Source: Candidatus Poribacteria bacterium (GTDB lineage: Bacteria; Poribacteria; WGA-4E; WGA-3G). Taken from it: a stretch of DNA of 64,000 bases. How positions within the stretch are numbered: position 1 is the stretch's first letter; every line of letters begins with the position of its first letter. Below the pieces are notes generated by a model that made no database searches, was not told where the DNA came from, and saw nothing but the letters and a program-made list of their open reading frames with translations. The stretch lies in contig CAXXLX010000001.1 in assembly GCA_963665235.2 (NCBI GenBank), positions 1,534,902-1,598,901 on the forward strand. Reading direction: 5' to 3'. This document shows, in pieces, positions 1-8,530 of this stretch. Position numbers and translations under genes: made by a program.

Positions 1-241
1 TAAATTCCGTGACCTCAAGCGGACGCTAAAGGTGGAATTGACACTTGAATCTGATGCTGACCTACATCTTGAAGATTATCGAATCTTCGCAGCCAACGGT
101 GAGGAATTATTCCTGAGTTAACCTATACAATAGGATGCGTCATGGGGAAGTTCCCTGCGGAAACAGACCTATGACGCACCTACGTATCCCGATAGAGAAT
201 GGATTAGTGCTACGAATCTGCTGTAAGAGAAGGAGTAACCG

Positions 242-973
242 ATGCGAAGCCACGAAATAGATTACGAAATTTTTGGAAACGATATGCAAGTCGTCGAGAT
301 TGAACTCGACCTAGACGAGACCATCATCGCGGAAGCCGGTGCTATGAACTGGATGGAGGACGACATCATCTTTGAGGCAAAGATGGGTGACGGCTCCAAA
401 GGGGACGAAGGTTTGATGGGCAAACTTTTCAGTGCTGGCAAGCGAGCCCTCAGCGGTGAATCGCTATTTCTTACACATTTCACCAACACAAGCAGCCACA
501 AAAGACGGGTTGCATTTGCTGCCCCATACCCCGGTCATATTATCCCCATCGATTTGGCACAAATGGGCGGCGAACTCCTTTGCCAAAAAGATGCTTTCCT
601 CTGCGCGGCCCTCGGGACTGAACTGAGCATCGCCTTCACGCGGAAATTAGGCGCGGGGTTTTTTGGCGGTGAAGGGTTTATCCTTCAAAATCTCCGTGGC
701 GACGGCATGGCATTTGTACATGCAGGCGGGGCAGTCATCAAAAAGGAGCTCGTCAACGAGACGCTCCGAGTTGACACCGGGTGCCTTGTCGCCTTCTCTG
801 CCAGCGTCGACTATAGCATTGAAATGAACAAAGGGTTAAAGTCAATGTTTTTCAGCGGTGAGGGGTTTTTTCTCGCAACCTTGAGGGGTACCGGCACCGT
901 TTATCTCCAAAGCCTCCCCCTTTCAAGGCTTGCCGACCGCATCCTTGAACACGCCCCGGCCACGAGCAATTGA
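242..973 (+). CDS. TIGR00266 / AIM24 (DUF124) family protein
   Basis: 243-aa ORF with AGGAG upstream of the ATG. Motifs [39 protein letters not shown] and [19 protein letters not shown] match this family from memory. Confidence 0.8.
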   Translation: MRSHEIDYEIFGNDMQVVEIELDLDETIIAEAGAMNWMEDDIIFEAKMGDGSKGDEGLMGKLFSAGKRALSGESLFLTHFTNTSSHKRRVAFAAPYPGHIIPIDLAQMGGELLCQKDAFLCAALGTELSIAFTRKLGAGFFGGEGFILQNLRGDGMAFVHAGGAVIKKELVNETLRVDTGCLVAFSASVDYSIEMNKGLKSMFFSGEGFFLATLRGTGTVYLQSLPLSRLADRILEHAPATSN

Positions 974-1127
974 CAATGACTCTTTGGCAGTGGCTCATGT
1001 TATAGGTGTGTGCGATTGTTTTAATAAACGCAATGGCCACAGGGATTAAATTCTCTTATGCACTTATTTTTTACATGAGCCAAACCCTTTATTACAATGT
1101 TCGGTTTCGCGTGTGCTCAACCTGCAA

Positions 1128-1731
1128 TTATTGCACTTCGGGTATACTCACAGCCATGAGATGCCCAATTGCACCGAACACCTTTTTGAGTTCACTGATT
1201 GTAAGGGCGGTCTCGTTGCGCGTAAACAGATTTCCAACTAATTTCCCGAATTGCCACATCTCCCCATCCGTTACAATGCCAAACCGTTTTTTTATCGTCA
1301 CTGTCGGTTTTTTGAGCAGCAACCAACTCCGCCAGACACTGTCCCCATCCCTTGATGAAGTCGTTCCGTTTTGCTTCAACGACGATGATAATCGGAATCC
1401 CTGGCACTGTTTTCCCCAACGCAGATTTTGTTGAGATTAGGTAATCGGGGGTGCCGCTGAGCTCCTCATTGTAAGCGATGGATTCGTGGCTCCACAACGC
1501 AAACCATTCTACATAGTTTTTGTACACATCCCTGAGAATAGGATAGATGACGTTTTCACAACGGGCCGCTTCTGATGAGAATACGTTGATGTGCTGCTTG
1601 CTGAATTCAAATTCCTCCAAAAATGCCGGGGAAGGTTCAATATCCTCGTATTGAAGATAGTCGACCTCGTTATATTTAATTTTGAAGGTTTCCTGGACTT
1701 GTGCAATTGAATTGAAATCGGTAGATGCCAT
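1128..1731 (-). pseudogene. PD-(D/E)XK-type nuclease-fold protein, split by a frameshift
   Basis: ATG at 1731 follows GAGGAG. The N-part carries PDYLIS...VVEAKRND (D...ExK). The C-part, RFGIVTDGEMWQFGKL..., continues in another frame as the 1128-1379 ORF. The frames switch within homopolymers at 1287-1293 (T7) or 1308-1313 (T6). Confidence 0.6.
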
Positions 1732-1890
1732 CCGATAGCTCCTCAATATTTCGCTGCATATTCCATCCGTGTTCAATCGGGGACTATCAGCAGTTAGTCC
1801 ACTGATAGCCTCCCGTAACGTGTGTTCAACGCCAGATTTACTATTAGTCGTAAGGATTTTCAGAGGTTCGCACCTTAATCGCTGCGGGTG

Positions 1891-2922
1891 TCAATGCGCC
1901 GAGGGGGCTTCACCTTTGAGCACCCGGACAAAATCGTCAACAATCATATCAGCGACGCGTAGGTTTGCATCCTTTGTTCTACCAGCGATATGGGGTGTAT
2001 GCACGACGTTATCTCTATTCCGCAGTTCGTCATCAATCGGTACCGGTTCTCTGTCATAAACATCGAACGCCCCGGCGAGTTCGTCTTTGACAATCCGTTC
2101 GCGTAAGGCGGCCATATCGACAGCGTGTGCGCGGGTGATAATCACAACCAACGCGCCTTTATGCAGATGATAAATACGTTCACGGTTCAGCAGGTGTCGT
2201 GCAGAGGGTGTCGGTGGCACAGCGACAAAGACAATGTCCGCTCTATCGACAAGCGTGTCCATATCCACGCGTTCCACGTCCCATTCCTGTAGGAGTTCGT
2301 CTGAAACGAACGGGTCGAATCCCATAACGGTTGCCCCGAAGGCGCGACACCACTGTGCGATTTTCCGTCCAATCTGTCCAAGTCCAATAACCCCAATCTG
2401 TTTTGTGCCGAGGTCACCATTGACAAAGTCCGGGTCATCACAGAATTGGTGTGCAACGGGGAGTTTGTTGGGGCCCCATATCGGGTTGGTCCAATTCCAC
2501 AATTTTTCGCCGTGTGCCATTTGCATGTGCCACTGCGCGGTTCGGCGCAGCGAAGACAAAGCGAGTCCGAAGGCACATTCGGCAACAGATTGTGCCCAGG
2601 CACGTGTCGATTCAATCACAGGAATGCCGCGTGCTTGAAGTTTAGCGTAAGGAATACCGTGCCCCGTGTTATCAGTCATTGTCCCGAGCACTTTAAGTTT
2701 CGGGGCGTTATCAATACAAGCCTCAGTAAGGCTGCCGCCCCAGTGTGAAATTCCGATAACTTCGCTTAAGTCCACCTGTTCATGGAGGGGGTCTCTGCTG
2801 GTTGTATTGAGAACAAGTGTCACGCCTAATTCTTCAAGTCGTTTGACCATCTGTTCATGGACGAAGGGCCATGACCCCTCTAAGCCGGGGTTGCGAGTGA
2901 ATAGAAATTGGTGTGTTGCCAT
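1891..2922 (-). CDS. D-isomer-specific 2-hydroxyacid dehydrogenase family (NAD-binding)
   Basis: 343 aa. Has a Rossmann motif GLGQIGRKIAQ, a catalytic-region HTPHIAGRT, and AGGAG before the ATG. Confidence 0.85.
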   Translation of the reverse strand: MATHQFLFTRNPGLEGSWPFVHEQMVKRLEELGVTLVLNTTSRDPLHEQVDLSEVIGISHWGGSLTEACIDNAPKLKVLGTMTDNTGHGIPYAKLQARGIPVIESTRAWAQSVAECAFGLALSSLRRTAQWHMQMAHGEKLWNWTNPIWGPNKLPVAHQFCDDPDFVNGDLGTKQIGVIGLGQIGRKIAQWCRAFGATVMGFDPFVSDELLQEWDVERVDMDTLVDRADIVFVAVPPTPSARHLLNRERIYHLHKGALVVIITRAHAVDMAALRERIVKDELAGAFDVYDREPVPIDDELRNRDNVVHTPHIAGRTKDANLRVADMIVDDFVRVLKGEAPSAH

Positions 2923-3007
2923 GAAATCGAGTCTCCTATGTTAGTTTTACCATTAGTGACAAGTCGTGCTGAGCACTGCAAGTTAATTTTCGCTAAAATC
3001 CAGTACT

Positions 3008-3036
3008 ATTGTAAAGGATATTTTTTCGATAGTCAA
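3008..3036 (-). promoter_or_regulatory. sigma70-like promoter candidate for the 2922 gene
   Basis: The reverse complement reads TTGACT, 17 nt, TACAAT. It lies about 86 nt upstream of the start codon. Confidence 0.4.
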
Positions 3037-3045
3037 GCAAAAAGT

Positions 3046-3070
3046 GGGTGTGTAAAGTTTTTGTACACCC
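3046..3070 (+). repeat. dispersed word W1 (GGGTGTGTAAAGTTTTTGTAC, here closed to a hairpin by ACACCC)
   Basis: Exact or near-exact copies at 7326, 11352, 11911, 11940, 13002, 60847 and 61671. Confidence 0.85.
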
Positions 3071-3103
3071 GTTTGTAGTAGGGCGATTCATCGCCCGTCG
3101 GGT

Positions 3104-3235
3104 CGTATAACGTGAGTTTGAAAAATTTTCCCCTCGTATGAGGAGCGGGAAACCGTTTGCCCGAATACTGGGCGATAAGTCGGCTTCTTAGGGACGATAT
3201 GTTTATAGGCATCTGGGTTTCTGCCCGCCTCTTAG
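3104..3235 (+). repeat. ~135-bp dispersed repeat (left, direct copy)
   Basis: Aligns by eye at roughly 85-90% with the reverse complement of 8395-8530. Partial relatives occur at 11735-11900, 13870-13975 and 61696-61800. Confidence 0.7.
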
Positions 3236-3472
3236 TGGTTCACTCGGTAAATTCTTATGTCTTATGAGTTTCCAGATAATAGCCGGGACGGACTACTGTG
3301 CTTGCGACGATGTCGTGTCCATATTACCATACAAACTTAGCGAGCAGACCACTTAGTGGTTCACTCGGTAAATTCTTATGTCTTATGAGTTTCCAGATAA
3401 TAGCCGGGACGGACTGCCGTGCTTGCGACGATGTCGTGTCCATATTACTATACAAACTTAGCGAGCAGACCA
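3231..3472 (+). repeat. tandem duplication, 121 bp x 2
   Basis: Units start at 3231 and 3352, with a third start at 3473. The two copies differ at only a few positions. Confidence 0.9.
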
Positions 3473-3789
3473 CTTAGTCCTGTAGGGACGATATATTTAT
3501 AGAAAACCGTTTCCGCCCCGATTCTTAGTCCCGTAGGGACGATATATAGTGAAACCTATAATTACTTTGACACTTTTGTAGAAGCACACTTTCTAGTTTG
3601 CGGACACGCCTGCACAAACCTTATTGTTTGCGCTACCAAAACCCAGTCCGGGGGTTCATAGCACACGTAGCGGGAACCGCAGGGGCTGGGGGCCCTAGGG
3701 GAAACACCCCAGCAAAAACACCCCTACAAACGGGTTGTGTGTGTGCCCTATCACAGCGTGCTCACATATTTTCAGAATTTACTATATTT

Positions 3790-5198
3790 ATACTAAAGTT
3801 TGGACAATATTCTAGATTTCAAGCAGCCTTGTCAAACGGCAGGGCGTTATCTTGCGTTTTCTCGGTCAGAATATTCTGCGAGTTTGTTTTATCTTCGGAA
3901 CTCGCAGAATATCGGCGGCACAAAATCTGTGCTTGAAGATAAGCAACCCGCAGCCCTTGTGTGAGTTTCTTCGGTTTATACCAATGAATGCCTAGTTTTT
4001 CGCAGACCTGCTCAACACTGATACGTTTTTCTGTCGTTTCCGGCATAGCAAAGATTAGCTTTGTTAGAGACGCTGCAACGAAACTCAGTTGTCCGAAGCG
4101 ATTGATGCTTTTGCGCGACTTGACCTGATACCCGCTGAAACCGAAGTGTTGCTTTGCGTCACGAAAGGCTGTCTCTATCTCCCATCTGCGGCGATAGTAT
4201 TCAACAATCTGTGGTATCTCAAGCGTCAAATCTGTCGTCCAGACACAGAAATACCGGTAAGGTTTTGACTGTCTCGTCTCGGTCTCGTTCGGATGACAAC
4301 TAGTCGGACATCTACCGGACACATTTTTGCACTATCTGTGATGCCACTTGATAGTCTTTGCCCATTAGGGAGACCACTTTATACCGCAAGCGCCGGATGT
4401 TTAGACGCGGTCCGTATTTCTTCGGACGCCCGGGGCTCCGACGCTTCGGGGCTTTAGGGCGGCGGTAAAACACCGCATTTGACTTCGCACGACACAAGAT
4501 ATGGTGTTTGAATGCCAAAACCGTCTCAAACACTTTGCGACGGGCGAACCCTCTATCAAAGATAATCAGTCCCGCAGGTATCTTTGATACGATACGCTTC
4601 AATACCGCATCCCCTTTGTCACGGACTGTCTTCGGAACAACCAGCCTGACCCACACAGGAAATAGTAAACATTGCGTCGCAGTCTCACACAATAAACCCA
4701 AAGCCGCAAACTCATGACCGAAGTGAAACTTAGATTGATTCACACGCCCCCTCTGATACTTGAAGTTGCGAAAAAAATGTAGACCATATTGACCCTTGCC
4801 GGTTTTCACAGCAGACGTGTGGTCATAAACATAAACCCAATTCGGAAATACCTGCTGTAGCTTTTCAACGAGCTTCACCGCAACAGCATCCGCACTCCAA
4901 ACACCCCGGGACAGAAACTTCGGTAAAGACCAATACTTCGTCCCGAAGACACTTGATTGATAAAGACCCGTCAGGGTGCCACCCTGGCTATTGGAAGCAA
5001 TAAAGCCAAAAATCATCGCTTGGAAAAGCGCAAAGTTTTGTGGGTTGAATAAACAACTAAAATGTGATAGAATATCTTGTAAGCAGAAAAGAAGGTTCAT
5101 TTTTATTTTCCTTTCGAAAATTTAATTTATTTTAAAATGATACCTACTTTTTTGCTTCTTGTCCATCTTAATTCTTAAAATTGTCCAAAGTTTAGTAT
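3790..5198 (-). mobile_element. IS4-superfamily insertion sequence (~1.4 kb) with terminal inverted repeats
   Basis: ATACTAAAGTTTGGACAATATT at 3790-3811 pairs with the reverse complement of 5177-5198 (ATACTAAACTTTGGACAATTTT). The repeats enclose the transposase frames. Confidence 0.75.
3819..5100 (-). pseudogene. DDE transposase (IS4/IS701-like), split into two frames
   Basis: ORFs 4312-5100 and 3819-4322 overlap by 11 nt in different frames around a CAAAAAT run. The second part has the Y-2-R-3-E-6-K signature (YYRRRWEIETAFRDAK). Confidence 0.65.
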
Positions 5199-5390
5199 TC
5201 GTTCAGAAAACGAGATAAATCAGTTTAATTCGGTATAAGCTAGGTTTACAGAACAAGTTTTTTATGAGTGTCAACGAAAAAAAGTTAACAAAACACAGAA
5301 ATGAACGGATATATAGAGAAAGATGTCCTGTGTGATGGACAACACCCAAAAAAGTTGACACCGCACACGTTTCTATAGGAGGATAGATTT

Positions 5391-6410
5391 ATGACAAAAA
5401 AAGTTTATGTAGGAATAGGTATCCTGATGCTTCTTGTCCTCGGAAGTGCCATTTTCCTCCTGAATCACAAGTTAGACACGGAACCTGAAGTTATCTATGA
5501 ACCGCCCTCAAAGGAGGTTTTAGAGAACCTACGAAAGCAAACCGAACGGGGAACTGCGGCGATAGAGCAACAGTCCGAAGTCAACGGACAGCGTCGCCCG
5601 GTTTCCGACACATCAAACCGTAGTACCGAAACAACAACCGCGGCAGAGAACAATGCCGGTGCCGCGGAAGCAATACCCGACGACTTGGCAGGTATCCCCC
5701 ACGTGCGGGGTTTTACCTCGACCAATCCGATGTTCGCGGAGGGTGTCCCTGAACACTTACAATGTCCCAAACAGTGGGTGGGACTTTACGATAGTGAGAC
5801 AGAAGACGACCTATCGGAGATTCAAGCCTACATGCTACCTATTATTTACGAGATTATGACAAAGTATAACCCCGAACGGCCACTGACAGAGGTCTGGCCT
5901 GCGTATATTGAAGCGGAACGCTTTTATTACGAGAATGCGGACCCAGAACTGGGAAACGCAAACGGTGCTAGCGGTAGATTTGATTGGGAATATCAACACT
6001 TGCTAGATTTCCCAGAGATAATGGTTCTTGCTGAAGAAGACCCGCACCGAATGTCAACCCTTCAGCGGGTATTGATAGGACGTTGGCCTGCCACTTTGAA
6101 CCAACATGAACTGCCGGATGGCAGAATATTCTACGCAGGACACGAAGCGAATTATGAGGTCTGGGAGAAACTCCCCGATGGTATGATGCACCCCGATGGT
6201 ATGATGCACCGGTCTGTCGGTTTTGGGCATTCGGACACGGGCCGCATCATCAAGATTTACCCTGACACGATGACAGATGAAGAACTGAAAGCGATCGGTG
6301 GATGGAATTATAATATTGACCCGTATTCAACAGGGTTTTATACACTCCCGCCTGATGCGACCCAGCGCCTCATAGAAAAGATAAAATCTTTTATCTCAAC
6401 GCCACATTAA
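5391..6410 (+). CDS. hypothetical membrane-anchored/secreted protein
   Basis: 339-aa ORF with AGGAGG before the ATG and an N-terminal hydrophobic helix. No family recognised. Contains an internal PDGMMHPDGMMH duplication. Confidence 0.55.
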   Translation: MTKKVYVGIGILMLLVLGSAIFLLNHKLDTEPEVIYEPPSKEVLENLRKQTERGTAAIEQQSEVNGQRRPVSDTSNRSTETTTAAENNAGAAEAIPDDLAGIPHVRGFTSTNPMFAEGVPEHLQCPKQWVGLYDSETEDDLSEIQAYMLPIIYEIMTKYNPERPLTEVWPAYIEAERFYYENADPELGNANGASGRFDWEYQHLLDFPEIMVLAEEDPHRMSTLQRVLIGRWPATLNQHELPDGRIFYAGHEANYEVWEKLPDGMMHPDGMMHRSVGFGHSDTGRIIKIYPDTMTDEELKAIGGWNYNIDPYSTGFYTLPPDATQRLIEKIKSFISTPH

Positions 6411-6438
6411 CGCAGTGCTACATTTTAGGAGGTATCTC

Positions 6439-7212
6439 ATGAAAAAAACAGGTATATTTTTCGTTTTAATAGTGTTGATGTTTTTGATATTTGTAGATTA
6501 TGAAGGCACAGCGAAACCGAAAAAGACATATGAAGTGCTGAAAACCCATGATTGGGAAACAGCCGATGCTGATACAGAGCCGATGAATTCTAATTACATC
6601 CGAGGCAGAGCGAAAAAGTATGGGTACCGAGTGAAGGCGAGCGGTTTCTTGAACGGTGTCACCCAAAACGGCACCATATACGGTCGATCTGGGGATGCCT
6701 ATGCCAAAGTAGAGGTTTACACAGACCTAATGAAGATAGGGGACGAAGTGAACGTAGTGTCTTGGATTCGAGCAACCGCTGCACGAAACCTCATCGACCT
6801 GCCTTCACAAGAGTTTCTAAAAAATGTCGGACACCGACCAAAGCACCGAAAACCTAGCCATAAGCATGAATGGGGCTATGTGCAATATGGAGTCTCCTAT
6901 AAACCCGGAATCGCCTCATATGTAAGATTGCATAAGTTGAGGTTCTGGGAGGATCCAGTTAGAAGACCTTTTGAGCATGACTTTGACGTAACCAGTTACT
7001 TCCATAGGGTAGGAAGTCCCACGGATCTCCCCGACCCGAACCCTTATATCATTGCGGATATAGATATCACGAGCCGTCAGTTTGTAGGGGCAGGAATAGG
7101 TTTTGCTACATTCTATACCCCTATGTGTGAGGGGAGTGATGGTGAGCATCCGATCCCCCTCTTGGAGGATAAGTGCCCGGGTGCTCCAGGCGCAACATAT
7201 ACGACACCGTAA
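6439..7212 (+). CDS. hypothetical secreted protein
   Basis: ATG at 6439 follows AGGAGG. N-terminal signal-like segment MKKTGIFFVLIVLMFLIF. No family recognised. Confidence 0.55.
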   Translation: MKKTGIFFVLIVLMFLIFVDYEGTAKPKKTYEVLKTHDWETADADTEPMNSNYIRGRAKKYGYRVKASGFLNGVTQNGTIYGRSGDAYAKVEVYTDLMKIGDEVNVVSWIRATAARNLIDLPSQEFLKNVGHRPKHRKPSHKHEWGYVQYGVSYKPGIASYVRLHKLRFWEDPVRRPFEHDFDVTSYFHRVGSPTDLPDPNPYIIADIDITSRQFVGAGIGFATFYTPMCEGSDGEHPIPLLEDKCPGAPGATYTTP

Positions 7213-7230
7213 GGATTTGTGTATTCCATA

Positions 7231-7269
7231 ACATAGGCAGGTAACCGTTCTGTTACCTGCCTATGTTTT
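7231..7269 (+). terminator. Rho-independent terminator
   Basis: Perfect 15-bp stem (7231-7245 with 7252-7266), 6-nt loop, then TTTT. It starts 19 nt after the stop at 7212. Confidence 0.75.
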
Positions 7270-7325
7270 CACCTATTCCCTCTGCATCTGCCGTACCTTC
7301 TTTACACTAAAGCCGCGTAACCTCT

Positions 7326-7346
7326 GTACAAAAACTTTACACACCC
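7326..7346 (-). repeat. word W1 (inverted copy)
   Basis: GTACAAAAACTTTACACACCC. It directly abuts the 5' truncation point of the Res fragment. Confidence 0.85.
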
Positions 7347-7365
7347 GTTCGGAAATGCAACAAGT

Positions 7366-8289
7366 GTGCCTAAACCGCCCAATGCACGGAAGCGTGGTGT
7401 TGCCAAACTCAAAAAAGCGATGATACTCACACCGGAATTTGAGGCACTCTGGGAACGGATTAAGCACAAAACGCGATACAAAGTTGACATTGACACTGAA
7501 AAATTAATCGCTGAGGTCGTTGAGGCATTAGATGAAACCAACATCCAATTACCTAAAATAACGATTAGAAAGGGTATAGTGGTAATTGATGAAGAAAACG
7601 AGTTTAAGGTTCAACACACCGGAGACGGCAGCTTGGCATATCGCTTGTCGGGCCGTGCAAATGTTTTGAGGTTAATTGAGCATCGGCTGGCGCATACTAC
7701 CCCTACAATGAAATTGACGCGTCAGACCCTTTGGGAAATTCTCAATCGCACAAAAAATCAACAAGCAGTCTTAGACAATCCCCCTGAATTTTCTAAAGTT
7801 GTGGTGAAACACATCAGGAAGAAAATTATGCATCAACTGATTGATGGTGTAAAGTATGAGAAGATCGGTGAGGTGTATGAGATGCGTCAGTTCGATTGCA
7901 AGTTGGAAAGCTGGAAGGATTGCATGGTTCCCGCGTCGCGCTCCATCTACGATTACGTAATATGGGATTCGGAAGTTGAAAAGAGGTTCGTTGAAGGATT
8001 AGAAGAGCGAGACGACATTAAACTCTATCTGAAACTTCCTGCTTTTTTCACTGTGCCAACCCCTATAGGCAACTATAACCCGGATTGGGCGATAGTCAAA
8101 GAGGACAGAGATGCACATGGTGAACCGACCGGTAAAGAAAATCTCTATCTAGTTAGAGAGACCAAAAGCACAACTAATTCAGAAGACCTCCGAATCCGTG
8201 AACAACAGAAAATCAATTGTGGCGAGCGGCACTTTCGTGATGCTCTCTGCGTTGATTACGCGGTTGTTACCTCTCCTGAGGAAATCTAA
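7366..8289 (+). pseudogene. C-terminal fragment of a type III restriction enzyme Res subunit (endonuclease domain only)
   Basis: 307 aa. Contains LTPEFEALWERIKHKTRYKV and a PD-(D/E)XK-like NYNPDWAIV...LVRETKST. No helicase domain. The open frame begins just after W1. Confidence 0.5.
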
Positions 8290-8394
8290 TAGCTGCAGGA
8301 TGGACGCAGCGCGTTGATAATTCCTTATGATAAACGTGAGCTTGATAATAAATGTCCGTTTGCACTAACCTTTATAAAGATATCGTCCCTACGG

Positions 8395-8530
8395 GACTAA
8401 AAGGAGGATAGAAACCCAGATGCCTATAAAGATATCGTCCCTAAGGAGCGGGCTTATCGCCCAGTATTCAGGCAAACAGCCCGCTCCTCATACTAGGTGA
8501 AAACTTTTTTCAAGCTCACGTTAAGATACG
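8395..8530 (-). repeat. ~135-bp dispersed repeat (right, inverted copy)
   Basis: Reverse complement of the 3104-3235 copy. It overlaps the last 5 codons and the stop codon of the GH2 gene. Confidence 0.7.

Noticed and set aside
2-121. An open frame enters from the left window edge (…FRDLKRTLKVELTLESDADLHLEDYRIFAANGEELFLS, stop).
   Set aside because: It is plausibly the 3' end of an upstream gene. Only 39 codons are visible and no family is recognisable, so it is not reported as a feature.
4312-4322. Possible programmed ribosomal frameshift joining the two transposase frames.
   Set aside because: The required shift is +1 and there is no canonical slippery heptamer or downstream structure. 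IS4-type transposases are normally single ORFs. Decay or a base-calling error is more likely.
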